64,000 nucleotides of DNA from the human T2T-CHM13v2.0 reference genome, Homo sapiens. Positions 1 to 14,721 of this stretch are shown in pieces (the stretch's first letter is position 1; every line of letters starts with the position of its first letter). Location: assembly GCF_009914755.1 (NCBI RefSeq), contig NC_060926.1, one strand, 5' to 3'. The notes beneath the pieces are model-generated. The model had not been told where the DNA came from. It made no database searches and saw nothing but the letters and a program-made list of their open reading frames with translations. The position numbers and the translations under genes are program-made.

Positions 1-1369
1 ATCAAAGCCGTTCTGTCTGTCTTTTAAAAAATATTTCAGAACAGAATCCTGCATACAGGTTAGGATTCTATGAAACAAAGACTTTGTATGTGACTTGCAG
101 AAATGATTGTGCACATAGTCTGAAAGCCTTTTAATGGCCTCGAATTGAGGAGTCTACAATCAGGAAGGGCCAGGTGGACCTGAGCTGGGATGAGTGCTTT
201 CTTGGCAGGGAGCCCATTCTCATGATGAAAGCTGGGAAAATTTGCTGGAGGAGAGTAATCCAATGATACGAAAGGATTAGGCAGGCTTACATTTAGCAAA
301 CTGTAAACCATGAATGTGAATGCTGCACCTCTTCCCTACTCAGACAGCTGCCTTGCTTATAAAATAGAGCAACCATAATTAAATAAGAGGAGAAACTAAA
401 GAGAGAGGGTGGGAGGAAGGAAGCGCCGGGTGTTTCAAAATGATATCGTGTGCATACAAACCAAGTTTGACAGCATTAAGTAATTCCTGGTCAGTGCTAA
501 TGAAACACTCCCCAGCATCACTCCAAAGACAGGTAGAAACTTTGAACCTGCACAGACTCCAAGTTCACCTGCCAATCTTTGCTCATATTGGTCCAGCCAC
601 TTTTTTTCGCTTCTGATTACTTAGCTATTAATGCCATTAATTAAAACCTGCCTTGCTTTCAGATGTATTATGAAGCTGTTTGTAAAATGCTGTGAAGGCA
701 ACTTGTTCCAAGAGCCATTAATTCTGGTAAGGGCCATGTCAGCTTCAGTTATGTGCTCATAAATGCAAACCCAACCTGGTCAATAATCTCCAGGGATGGT
801 CTAAATTGCACAGCTGGCTTTTTAGAAAATGTGTGTGGAGGAACATGAAAAGATTGTTGAAAACACCCGAGTAAGGTTAGATAATAAATGGAACTATACT
901 GAGTAGGGGGAGGGCAGAACAAAGAAGTTATTATTGAGCATGAGGTATGTACTGTATTCTACAAAGGGGTGATTTAGGCTGGGTTAACAAGGTATTTGGG
1001 AGGAGGTATTAAAATAGGAAGGCAGCATAAAGCATAATAGGTTTGACCAAATAAGTTCCCAGCAATGCCTGCTTCAGGTCCTCTTTCTTTCTTTTGCTGG
1101 CTGTCCTACTGTCATCACTACTTGGGAGGATCGGGGAAATGGAGGTGGAAGGTGACTCCTTGAGTTACCAGTTTGTTGGGCCTATGGACTTTCACGTTAG
1201 GACTTTTTTAGAATATTATTTCACACACTGTATTTATTTAATCTGTAAACCATATTCAGATAATAAAACTAAGTAGATAATAAAATGAACTCACTAGTAT
1301 GCAGGCTTTCTCATATGATGGATGAGTAGGTACACGATGGATAAATAAATAGATGGGTAGATGGATAAG

Positions 1370-1600
1370 TAAAGGCTTCATTCATCCACTTATTTAACAA
1401 ATATTTAGTTAATAAGAACCATGTGCCTAACATTGTTCTAGGTGATGGAAATGTGGTGATAAAGAGACATGGTTCTTGTACTCAAAGAGCTTTATCTTTT
1501 AGTGGGGGAGGCATGCAATAAACAAGTAAATATGTGGACGTGAAAGTGACAATAAAGAGCTACAGAGACAATAATACAGGATAATGTGATAGAAATGGAC
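1370..1600. mobile_element. L2 LINE 3' fragment (ancient)
   Basis: ttcattcatccacttatttaacaaatatttag...tgtgcctaacattgttctaggtgatgg resembles the L2 3' end. Confidence 0.55.
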
Positions 1601-1783
1601 AGAATAATTAGATAAATTTATAGCCTAACAATAGAGCTCCAAGTAATTTAGTGTTGTGGTCTTCAATCTTGATTTTAACAACAGAACCTACGTATTTTTT
1701 CAGTTGAAAATACATATCCTATAGGGAAACCTCAATAGAGACTAGAGGTAAAAGCATATTTGCCCTAGTTGTTGTGTAGAGGG

Positions 1784-1822
1784 GTGTGTGTGTGCAAGTG
1801 TGTGGGTGTGTTTGTGTGTGTA
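1784..1822. repeat. Imperfect (TG)n microsatellite
   Basis: Direct reading of the sequence. Confidence 0.85.
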
Positions 1823-2760
1823 TGCTGGTGCCAGAGCCCTCTCCACCAGTTTAGGTACATTATAACAAATTGATTACAAGTTGTATCTGTCGTAAGAGAA
1901 AAATAAGTTAAAAATTAAGTGGTAATTGTTCCGTTGCAATGGGGTGGACAATATTGCTGGCAGTCTCTCATGAAGACATCCATAATCTGTTTGTGTCATT
2001 CACTTGACTCATTGATCAGGGTCTGCACTAGGTCAGTTTTTATACTTATTGTTTCTTTTCATTTTTAAATATTTTAATTTCTTTTCCTATTTTTATTAAA
2101 TTAGAAAATCGTATCTTGCAGTTATGAAGGTTTGAGGAAAGGCACATATATTTGGTTCTGGATAGTTTAGTCTCTGGATTTCACAGATCCAGAAATTATG
2201 GCAAGGGCTCTCTCTAAAGACCACGTTCAGTGCTTTGTCAGGTGCTCAGAGGATGAGCTTATCACATCAAATGGGGGATGACTGGATGCTGCACATCAGG
2301 AGATAACAGCAAATGGATTCCTAATCTATTCTTGGGTTCCATTTGGCTCTGAACGTATTTATTTATGTTTTATTGCCACATTTAGGTGTGTTTTTAAATA
2401 CATAAAATAATACATAATAGGTTTTCCTCTTCAACAAGTGTGAAAAACCATTAAATGCTGGGAACAAATCAATTTTTTATTTTGTATTTTTGAGCTGTTT
2501 ACACTGTAGTTCAGCCTTTAAAAAGTCCCTTTATCTTATCCTTTTCATGGCCATGCAGGTTCAGTGTGTACAAGATACTGACTATATCAGTGAGATATGC
2601 CCTTATAGCAAGTCACGTGAAACCATAGAAATGACCATGAAGAAATTATTTTTTATCTCATCTCTCATTTCAAAACCTCCTTCCTTGCGAATAGCCAAAA
2701 TATGTCACTATCTATCAGTGACTGCAATTTCCTCATGTTCCTAGCTGTCACCATTTCCTT

Positions 2761-3172
2761 TGTGGTGGTGGGTGCTGTGATGTCCACTGCCCTGATCCCC
2801 CTCCAGTAATTAAAAATGCATTCTCCCCCATCCCCAAGTTGCTGGACATGCTTCTGGAAGACAGCTCTCAGCTGTCAGTGCTCTCTGGGGATGCCTGGGC
2901 TGAAGAAAAGTGCCTCAGCCAAGGTCACACCTCCTTCCAGGGGCTGACTGATCATTGTGCAGCAGAGAGGCCCAGCCCCCTCAGCCCAACTCAGAGCACA
3001 TCCGAAGGGTCATCCCCACTCAGGAACTCCTCCCCACAGGGCTAGCTTAGGACCTGATCACAGCTCAAATTTTCCCTCTGACAAATCTTGCTTCCTTTCC
3101 CTCCTTTCCATAGGTGTTAATCCAAGAAGAAGCCCTAAAACACATCCTGCATGTTGGGGAACCCAACCTGTG
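2761..3172 (+). mobile_element. 5' LTR of an ERVL provirus (LTR16-like)
   Basis: Starts TGTGG; shares blocks with 8352-8810 (gctgg..atgct.ctggaa; caa.tcttg.ttccttt; acacatc). Confidence 0.7.
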
Positions 3173-3327
3173 ATAGCTGGCCCCAGAAAAGATAGGATCA
3201 AGCACTCACTGGAATGGGATTTTAGGTCTAGGTCATGAGCTGTCTGGTGGTAATGAGGCTCCCATCATTGGTGGTAGGTGAAGCACAGAGAGCTCAATGT
3301 GGCAGTATAGCTACTAAAACTTTTGCC

Positions 3328-3630
3328 GGCCAGGCGTGGTGGCTCATGCCTGTAATCCCAGCACTTTTGGAGGCTGAGGCGGGAGGAACACTTGAGCCCC
3401 AGGGTTCCAGACCTGGGCAACATGGAAAGACTCTGTCTCTACAAAAAACACACAAATTAGCCAGGCATGGTGGCACATGCCTGTAGTCCCAGCTACTCGG
3501 GGCACTGAGGCAGAAGGATCACTTTAGCTTGGGAGGTCAAGGCTGCAGTGAGCAGTGACCGTGCCACTGCACTCCAGCCTGGGTAACAGAGTGAGATCCT
3601 GTCTCAAGAAATCCCACAAAAACACACAAA
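3328..3630 (+). mobile_element. Alu (AluJ-like)
   Basis: Dimeric Alu with TSD aaaacttttg at 3316 and 3631. Confidence 0.92.
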
Positions 3631-5680
3631 AAAACTTTTGACGGTAGTGAACTTGGATGGCACAAACCTGGACAAGAATGTGATAGCTCATGCAATGTTT
3701 AGGCTTTTGAGAAATATGGTGGAAATGGGAACTTTAAGGAGAGTGGAATTTGGTGGCTGTAACTAAACTTTGCTCTGGAAAAAGATTATGAAAAGCTGAG
3801 CATGACTAACTGGCAATTAAAATCTAAGTTTAAAATCCAGACAGTCTCTTTGGTAGCGTATGAAGAGGCTTTTATCTCCTTCAGCGGGAGAAAGAGCCAA
3901 GGATCAGGCTCAGGATTTAAGTAGAAGAGTTGCCGAGCTCTAAGGAAGGCTAAAGTCTCAACTGAGGCTGGTCTACTATTACAAAGTTATGGCCTTAGTT
4001 GGGAAAGAATAGCCTTTTAGATACAGGATAGGGACATCTGGGTTAATGCATCCAAAAATCTTGAATCCTGAGATTCACCTGAACCTTCTGAACCTGAAGA
4101 AGTGGCCTATATCTCCCTATCAAGAATGGTGTTCCCTTTTAGCTTAAAGATGATATCGAGGTTTCTCCCTGCAGGACATGTGCTCCTTCCTGGTAGGATC
4201 TCCCCTCTCCTTTCTTTTGTCCACTAGGTCAATGATTAGGGCTAAATCATAACATAAGCTGAGGACATGCTGGTCCTTCCCAGAGAGGGAAGGGGCTATG
4301 CTCCCCAAAGAACTGCAGGACCAGCAAGACCCAGGAGAGGACTGGATTCTGAGGATGTGGGACTGACGAGGGCAGATCATACATTTGATAAAAGAGAGGT
4401 TATTGATATGGGAGTTCTCTCCTGGAATATAGGGTTTAACACTCTGGGAAGAACTCCCAGGGAATGGTACAAACACATTGGTAGGATGGCTCCTGGAAGC
4501 ATGAAAATGTGGTGGTCAATACTAATTGAGGCCAAATGACAAAATTTTTGTGGCAGATGGTGGAAGAAGGAATTAAGAGGCTTGGTGAAGTAAGCACATG
4601 AGAGAGGATATACTACATAAGGGTGAAAAACCTTCAAGATGACTATGTTCTACAGAAGGGCCAGGAAGACGCATCACTGACCACTCCAATAAGGAATGTG
4701 CTGGAGAGGGGTGCACCAGCATTGCTAAGAAGCTCATTGGTGTGGCTCCCCTGTATCCCCGGCCTGACAATAGGGAGATGCTGTTACAGAACTGAGTTCA
4801 CAGATAACAATGGGGATCATAGGAACCCAAAACCATAAGAGGCCAGGTGGCAGCATTACCTGTCAGAAGCCAGGTAGGTACAACTATTGTAATGAGCAAC
4901 GAGGTCAAATGGCATCCAAGAGGGCCTGACCTGTAGATGGTTATGAAGATAGTTAATAGAACTCAGTGTCCCTAAGGGCAATATAGGTGGCCAGCCAATG
5001 AAAGTACTGCTCAAGAGAAATCATGGGTGGATGACCAGGAGACTGAGTGATGTTGCCACAATAAAATTCATGATCCCTTGCCCAGTTTCTGGACCTGAGT
5101 TAGTCTTTGGACCAGGAACCCTTTGACTGAAGTAGAGTTCATGTCCCCAGGAGGAAGTATCCTGAGACACTATTGTAAGTCTGTTTATAAATGAGTCTCC
5201 CAGTCCTTCCCCCAAAGGAATATATGACTGTATATTCTGATACTTTATGTTGTGGGAAGGGGAAGACCCAAACATTTTTGAGAACTGCTGGACTCAGTGT
5301 GAGAGACTTTAGGACACTGAAGACTTAAACCATCATCATAGGCCCCCTCTTAGAGTGGGGGTGTAGGGAGGTAAGGTAATGAATAAAGTCCTGGCTCAGT
5401 TCTGGTTCACAGTGGGTTCATTGGATCTGTGGACCCACCTGGTGGTCATTTCCCTGGTTCCTGGAAGTATAACTGGAGTAAATATACTTGGTAGTTGGTA
5501 CAACCCCCACAATGGGGAAATTGGCCCGTGGGGTAAGAGGTCAAGCGAAAGTAGTGGGCAAGGTCAAGTGGAAGCCATCAAAGTGGCTTCTTTCCATCCT
5601 GCCCACTGGCAAGATAGCAAATCAAAAATAATATTGCACTCTAGGGCTGGGGGAATGGCAGATATTAGTACCACTCTTAA

Positions 5681-6001
<321 letters not shown>

Positions 6002-8351
6002 TCATAACTACATTTAATACACTAATCTGACACCTGAAGACAGCAGATGGATCCTGAAAGATGATAGCAGACCACTGCAAACTCAACTAAATAGTAGCCC
6101 CAATTGCAACTTCTTTTTTTAGCAGAATAACATGGCCTTAGATATCTGATATGTGGTCACTGGTCTGGCTAGTGCTTTCCTTTCCAACCCTATTGGAAAA
6201 AAGGATCCAACCCTATTGGAAAAGAGTGCTCTGACTTGGAAAGGAAAAGAGTATCCATTTTCAGTTTTGTCCCAGGGCTATGTTAATTCCCCTGTCCTCT
6301 GTCATATGATAGTCTGAACTAACTGGCCATCCCAAGGAATATCACTTTGGTCCATTATATCAATGAAATCATGTTAATCAGATTCGATGAGCAAAAAGTG
6401 TTCAGTACTGTGGATACCTTGGTAAGACACATATACTCCAGAGGGTGGAAGATAAACCCTACAAAATCCAGGGATCTATCACATCCGTAACATATTTAGG
6501 GGCTACTGTTCTGGGACCTGCCAGGATATTCCCTCAAAAGTAAAAGGACAAATGAGTGCGTCATGTACCTCCACCACAAAGAATGAAGCACAATACACAA
6601 CCCTTGGTAGGCTAATTCTGGTTGTGGAAGCAGCATATTCGGTATCTGGGAGTGCTGATCTAGTCCATGTAGCTGGTAACATGGAAGGATGCCAGTTTTG
6701 ACTGTTGCCCAGAGCAGAAAAGGGCTCTGCAGCAGGTACAGGTTTGGGTTATACTGTATGACCAGGAAGACTCTACAGTATTGGAGGTATCAGTTGTAGG
6801 AAAAGATGCCTTGTAGAGTTTATGGCGGACCCAATAGGAGAATTATAGTATAGACCAATAGGTTTCTAGAGCAAGGAAATGCCATCTGTAGTGAAAATTA
6901 TATCCCTTTTGAAAAATAGCTTGTGGGCTCTACTAGAGACTGTGTGCTTAATACATGGCACACCAAGAATTGCCCCAAATGGGCTGAATTCTGCCAGGTT
7001 CATATGGTTGGGAAGGCCCAATAACAGTATATAATAACATGAAAGTGGTTCATCCAGGGCTAAGCATGAATAGGACCAGGGGGCACAAAACAGCTATAGA
7101 GTCAGGGCACCCAGAGCCCCACGTCACCCACTATGACTGCATCAGTGTCCCTCCCTCAGCTCACTTCTGTGATTGCAAATGGATCCTTTATGACCATCTG
7201 ATGGAAGAGGAAAAAACCCTGAGCTTCGTTTGTGAATGGCTTGACTTGGTATGTGTGTTTAAGCTGAAAATCATGGTGGTTGCACAACAGCCCTTCTTGG
7301 GGCAGCCTTGAAGGATGTAATGAAGGAATATGCTCCCAGTGAGCAGGGCTTTGAGTGGTACACCTTTGTGTGGAAGAAGAGGTGGTTCAGAGGTTAGAAT
7401 ATATACTAGCTCAACATCAGTGGCGAATGGCTTGGCTGGCTGTTCAGGGACCTGGGAGGAGAAAGACTGGAATATCAGGATCAAGAAAGGCTGGGGTAGA
7501 CACATGTAGATGGACATTATGGGAGTAAGAAAGAAGGGGGAATATTTTTGGTTTTCACGTTAAAGCCTACTAGAGAGCATCCACCATGGCAGAGGCACTA
7601 AACAACCACGTAGACAAAATGACTTGGCCAGTTAATATCAGCCAGCCTCTGTCATCAGCTGCCCCAGTGCTGCTCCAGTGGGTCATGAATAAAGCAGCCA
7701 TTGTGGTAGGGATGGAGGCTGGGAGGGAGACAGGGGTTGTGCATGGGCACAATAGCATATAAATTTGTGCTTCTCATTCCCAGAACTCTGGGACTTATGA
7801 TTGAGAGATCTTGGCTCCCAAAGGGGATCATGAATACTTCTGCCAGGGTATGAAGCAAGAGTCCCATTGTACTATAAGCTATGACTGCTGCCTTCACACT
7901 GCAGGGTTCCTTGAGCCAAGAAATCAGCAGACGAGAAGAGAAGTCACCATCTTGGCACAGGTAGTTGACTCTGATCATCAGAGAGAGGTAGGGCTACTTC
8001 TACCTACTTCTATACAATGAGGGCAAGGAGGAATGTGGCACCCAGGCGATCCACTTGGATAACTCTTTGAACCCCCTTGCCCAACTCCGACAGTAGATGG
8101 ACAAGTCCAGCTACTCTGGCCTGAGAAGGGCATGGTGATCAGGGACTCAGACTGCTATGAGGGTCTGGGTCATGCCACCAGGTAAGCCAGTGTGAACAAC
8201 TGGCTGAGGGTGGGGGGAATCTAGAAGGGGTTGTAACAGGTGGGAAATGATGAATATTAGTTGCAGCCTGGAGATAAGCTATAGTGACAGGGACTAACCC
8301 ATCTCATTAACCTTCCTTTCCTAAGTTTTCTCTGGGAATCCTCCTAGAGGA

Positions 8352-8810
8352 GTGGAATATGAGCAATGCAAGGGGCAGACTGGACTGGATATGTGATGCA
8401 CTTTCAGATCTTCCATTAGGACTGAAGGACAAATTCCTCTTGCTGCTGGGAATGCTGCTGGAAAGATGGCTCTCAGTCCTTTTAGGGGATTGCCTTGACT
8501 GATAAACTTCCTTGACCAAGGGAAAATCTACATCCAATAGCTGACCAATGATGGGGCATATAGGTTTGGTCCCCTCACCTCTATTCAGTTAAACTTTGAA
8601 GAGCTTTTCCTTAGATCCATAGCTCCCTGGAAGATTGGCTGAGGACTTTGTTGGGATGTACCGCAGCTCGCCTTCTCTCAATCTTGCATCTCCCCTGCCC
8701 AATCTTGTTTCCTTTCTCTCCCTTTAACAAGTATTGATCCTGAGCCTATTCTCTAATACACATCTTATATACTAATCTCCACCTCAGAGACTGCTTCCTA
8801 AGGAATGCCT
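8352..8810 (+). mobile_element. 3' LTR of the ERVL provirus (LTR16-like)
   Basis: Diverged homolog of 2761-3172 following the internal region. Confidence 0.7.
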
Positions 8811-9089
8811 TCAAAATGGAATCAAACCAAAAGGCATGTTTTCGACAGCCAAGTGATTTCTTTGAGGGAAGCAGTGAATCTATTGGTGTTCAGATATGCC
8901 CTCTTCAATTCACAGGGAATGACTTCCTTAATGCACACAGAGTTGGAACTTCACCAAAACTGATGCCAATGTACTTTCCCAATTTACATCATGGCTCACG
9001 AGATAAGTGTTGACCCGACGAAAATCATCTCTTAGAGCATAGATTTTCAGTGATAAATAATGAGGTAAATAATATCTTAGAAACTAAAG

Positions 9090-9330
9090 AGTCTTGCAGA
9101 AGATAGTGGTGATGGTTGCATAACATTGGAAATATAATGAATGCCACTGAATTGTATGCTTAAAATGGTTAAAATGGAAAATTATGTTATTTATATTTTA
9201 TATTTTACCACAATTTAAAAAAATCAATAATGTAATATACCAAAAACATTGACTTGTGTACTTTAAGTGGATGAATTGTATGGTTTATATCATTCAATTA
9301 TATCTCAATGAAACTTTTTTTATATAAAAA
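9090..9330 (+). mobile_element. Old L1M (MB/MC) 3' UTR fragment
   Basis: gatagtggtgatggttgcataaca...aatgccactgaattgtatgcttaaaatggttaaaatgg. Confidence 0.7.
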
Positions 9331-10674
9331 AAGAGTCTTAAGGGGGAAAATCATCAACTGTTTCTCTTTCGTATATGTGCTCCACCAGAACTGAATTTTG
9401 TCCACATATAAAGGGTAATCTCTGCACAGACACAATACTACCTTTCTCCCACATTGCATACCATTGATATTATGCAACATCTACCAATGTTCTTTGATAA
9501 AGAAATTTTGTTGGTAGTTCTGATTCTTCTCCATAGTATTTATCATTACCTTTGTAGCTGGTTTCACAAGCTCTTTGGAAATAGCATGGCATATACTTAC
9601 TTTACGATGTCTCTGTAGTGTTGTGTTTTCCATTACTTCTAGCAACAAAATTCTTCAATTTTGTATTGGGAAGCGCTTGTAATGCTTGCACTTGTTCTGG
9701 CAAAACTTTATTGTTCCATCAGAGAAGTCACCATAGAAGTCACTATACTTTGTTGGAAAATGACACTGAAACTTTTGTGGCTTCCTGCTGTTATTGAAAA
9801 ACATTTTTATAACATATGCCACCCTGGAGGTCTAGGGGCAAACATATTACCATCTGATACAACCCAATTTTCAGAGTTTTCTGGTCATACTTCCTATTCT
9901 TGACTCACAGTCTTACATTTTTGTTAGCTTGTATAAGATCATCACAGTCATGTTCTTACTTCTCCCTGCAAATACTGCTTCACTGCTCTTTGTTGGTCCT
10001 TGAACCTGTTCTCTTTTTACAGTAAGATGTTATCATCTTGAGTTATAATATTTACGTTACGCTTTTCATCATCATCACTTTTGATCCACTGATACATTTT
10101 TGTAAATTAGAGATAATCACAACATTAACAACTAAAGATACAAATTCAGTAAATGAAAAGTGACATATGTTATCTGAGACAAAATACACACCATGTAAAT
10201 GAATGTCAGCCTAGATGAACTGACGCATTGCTGGGGGTAACCTAAGCATTCAAGGATCTCATTTTGAGCAATCACACCCTGGTCTTTTCCACTTCCCCTT
10301 CTTCCTTTTTTCCCTTTGTTGGTCCTACCTGGACTCCTTACCTACTTCTTTCCCTCCTCGTTCTTCTGTTTCCTTTTTGAGAGTTAAGGAACATTAAAAT
10401 AGAAAGAGACCTCGGAGATTTTAAAATCTAATGATCTCATTTTACAGATGAGGAAACTGAAGTCCAGAGAGATAACAATGAACTTCGCCAAGTCAGAGGG
10501 ACGAGATCTGCCCTCCTGGCTTCTCTGACTCATGGGCCAATGCTTTTCCATTTTGCCACGACTCCAGTAAACTTTCTACTTCAGATTATCTTTCTGGTCC
10601 TCTTGTCGCTGACAGTGGTTGAATCCATAGTGGTTAAGAGTGAAGGAGACAGGCGTTTAAGGGAGTCATAACTT

Positions 10675-10764
10675 CCTCCTTTCCCTCCCTCTCCTTCCTT
10701 CCCTCCCTCCTTCCTTCCCTCTCTCCTTCCTTCCTTCCCATTTCTCCTTCTTTCCCTCCCTCCC
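10675..10764. repeat. CT-rich (CCTT/CCCT)n tract
   Basis: Direct reading of the sequence. Confidence 0.85.
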
Positions 10765-10927
10765 ACTACTGCCAGAATGGCCTGATAATGTCACTCTCTT
10801 CTCTACTCTTTGGTGACTCTTAAATCCCTATAGGATAAAGTTCAGTCTTCTACCTGGACATGTGACAGTCAAGTCATTTTTGTGTTCTGACTCCTGCCCT
10901 CCTGTCTGGTCCTATCTTCATCACTCT

Positions 10928-11310
10928 GTATATTAGCCAGGCTGGTTTATGATAATATTAACAAACAGGTCCAAAATCTCAGTGCCCTAACACAACAAAG
11001 ATTTATTTCATATTTATAAAAAGTCCACTGCAAGTCTGGCTGACTTTCCAGAGGAACTATTCTTTATGTAGTGACTCAGAGATCCAGGCTGCTTTGGCCA
11101 CACGATTTTTCCATTTTCACTAGATTTCCTCCTTGCCATGGAGGAGGAAGAGACAAGAAGATAGCGCTCAAGTAGGGAATGAACTCTTCTATGCTTATCC
11201 TGAAAAGAATTTTATCAGCCAGAGTTTACCATCTAACTGCAAGAGGGCTGGGAAGTGCCAGAGAATGCTTGGTGAGGACTATGTTTCTGCCATGGTCCTT
11301 CCTTCCAACT
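10928..11310 (-). mobile_element. MaLR LTR fragment (MLT1-like)
   Basis: tgtatattagccagg...aaaatctcagtg..taacacaacaaagatttattt. Confidence 0.55.
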
Positions 11311-11428
11311 GCAGTTCTGGAAATATCTGACTACTTGTCCCCTGAGCACAAACTCTTTTAAGCCTCTATGTCTTTCTACTGAGGCATTCCACCCTGCCAA
11401 GCATATACTCTTCTTGCTGACCTGATAG

Positions 11429-11785
<357 letters not shown>

Positions 11786-12482
11786 TAGCTGATTTTCCCA
11801 GGCCAACATAGTGGTTCATTCTCCACGTCCCTACTGCATCTTGTCGTTATTTCCATCACAGCACTTCTTGTTTTGTTATATTTTTTTGCCTGGCACTTTT
11901 CCTCTAAAGAGAAATCTCCCTGTGGATAGGGAAAGTGTACTTTCATCTTTAGGTTCTCAGTTTTGTATGATGGTACCTAAAGTCTTCATACCTGTGGCTG
12001 AATAAATGAAAGAACAAATAAATGGCCACAAAACTCTCCAGCTTCTTGTTATGTTCTGTTTCACTACCCCTACCGTAGCTCAATCAACTTTCTTCTTCTC
12101 TTGTCTGGATAACCACAGAGCCCCCTTTGTGTTATCCCTCTTCCATTCTTACCTCTATCCAATCCATTCTCCACTCAGCAACCACATCATTCTGAAACAC
12201 GAACCTGAGTGGGGCTTCCTATTTCCTTAGAATAAAATCCAAACATCCAAATTCCTTCCCATGACCCACAAGGCATGCGTTGGCCCCTGCCTGCCAATCT
12301 GGCCACAGCTCTCTCTCGCTTGCTGTGGTTCCCACACAGGGGCCTCTTCTTAGTTCCCTGACACACTAGGATTTTTCTCCCCGCAGGCTTTTCTCAGGGC
12401 TGGTTCCTGCGCCTGGAATACTCCTACTTCCTCTTCTGTCCTGGTTAGCGCTTTCTCAGTCTTTAGCTTAAATGCCATTCCT

Positions 12483-12775
12483 GGCCGGGCACAGTGGCTC
12501 ACGCCTGTAATCCCAGCACTTTGGGAGGCCAAGGCTGGCGGATCACGAGGTCAGGATATCGAGACCATCTGGCTAACACGGTGAAACCTCGCCTCTACTA
12601 AAAATACAAAAAATTAGCCGGGTTTAGTGGCGGGCGCCTGTAGTCCCAGCTACTCGGGAGGCTGAGGCAGGAGAATGGCATGAACCTGGGGGGCGGAGCT
12701 TGCAGAGAGTGGAGATCGCGCCACTGCACCGCAGCCAGGGCAACAGAGCGAGACTCCGTCTAAAAAAAAAAAAAA
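12483..12775 (+). mobile_element. Alu (AluY-like), inserted in an L2 remnant
   Basis: ggctaacacggtgaaac and gagaatggcatgaacc; poly(A); TSD gccattcct. Confidence 0.93.
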
Positions 12776-14399
12776 GCCATTCCTCTGGCGGTTGCAATGA
12801 TTTTGTTTTGATGGCAAATGAGAAACTCCCACTTGAAATACCCTAAATAATAAAGGAAATCTACCGACTCATATATCTAACAAATCCTGAAATAGTGCTG
12901 GCCTCAAGACAGGCTTCATTTATGCCTTGAAGGACCTCATAATCTCCAGAGAAAAAGAGAGACCCTTCTGGTAGTTCCTGCTGAAGTCCAGGGATTCATT
13001 CTAGCTCATTGGCCTAAACTGTATCACATGCCACAGCTAAACCAGTCCCTTTAGGAGCGGGACACTCCAGGGGGAGGCACTAAATTTGCTTAAGCCAATC
13101 AGGACACTCCCCCCGCCCCGAGAGCTGATGATGGAATTGTGCATGACCAAACAACATGGGGGCTTTGGGGAGGGTTTAACTCCCAGAGGATAGACAGTAC
13201 TTTCGGCAGAAGAAGTGGGAAATAAATATTGGGAATGCATCCAAAAAGATATATTTATCATATTTTCTCAGAGGAGCCATCACTGCCCACCCCCATCTAA
13301 AGAATCCCCTCCGTTATTTTCTGTTACTGAATCCTACTTCCTTCCCTCATAGCACCTGCTACTGTTTGTAAATATTTATTTTGTTTGTTTTCTGATTTAT
13401 GGTCTGAATCTCCCACTAGGCTCTGTCATTGGAAAAGATTTGATTTGCACACCTACTGCTGGAACATACGAGAAAATTCAATAAATATTTTCTTAATGAA
13501 AGAAAAAAGTGAACAATTTTCTTCTTTTCCATTTTAGCCCTGGTTTTTACTAACAGGCATGGAAGGATAAGGGTGAATGTGAGCACTATATTAATTTGGC
13601 TTTTCTTTGTCTGGAAGCTTAGTTCTCTTTCCCTTCCAGTAATCCCTCAAATTCCCTTTTCCCAGATCTCGTCTTATTACCCCACCTGCTCCAGGCACTC
13701 CGGTAATTTGGTTGTCCTTTTCATTTTTTTTTTTTCTTCACCTAGCTTGATTTAGAGCCTTCAATAGAAATCTTGATTTTTTTTCTTTAATTGTAGTCAA
13801 AATTATTTATTTAGATAAAATCTTCTGATTTCATAACAAAAGTAGTGGGATGATACAAACTGCATAACCAAAGAGAAATCTTGATTTTTATAAAAGAGTT
13901 AAGTTATATTTTTCCAGAGGATCTAGGGACCAAGTCTCCTCTTTTTGTGTTCCCCTAGCGCCTACAAATGTAAGGGTGTGCTTTACTGGGTGAAAAATCA
14001 ACCACCCTCATGGAAAACAAGACTGAAGACAATGCCAGGTAGCAGAAAGAGAGAGGAAAAGTTAAGAGCAGGCCAAGAAAAAGAAAAAGCTGCCAGGAAA
14101 AAATAAAGGTTGGAAAACAGTGAAGTGGGAGGTCTTTTGGGTGAAAGGGACATAGCTCAAAAGAAAAAAAGTCATAATGAACTTGGAAAATGAAGATGAA
14201 ATAAATCACATAATAAAAGTAGACTGGAGGAAATTTCTTTCCTTCTGATATTTATTCATTTATTTTTCAACAACTACTGAGCTCTACTGTGTGCTGGGAG
14301 CACTCTTCTAGGTGCTGAGGATATGGAGGTGACCAAAACATACAAGTCTCTGCCTTCCTGGAGCTCATATTCTAGAAGGGCAAGACAGACATTAAGTAG

Positions 14400-14689
14400 A
14401 CATAGAATATGGACTGCTGGACACAGATGTCAGAGTGAAAACACACATCTGCTTTTGCTCCTACTTGACACATCATAGAATGCCATTAAAGGTACTTTTT
14501 GAAGGCAATACTCATGGATAAGGAAAAGGGGAGAGAAGTCAACAGTAACAAAGTTGGGAGCAGGAAGGCAAACTTGAGAAAACTACATCTTAAGTGGGCA
14601 GAAGAGAAAGGTGATTAGTGTAAACCAGGTTGACACTAATCACATTCCAAAGTACAGGAACTGGTGGCATCAGGTGAATCTGGAGTGGA

Positions 14690-14721
<32 letters not shown>

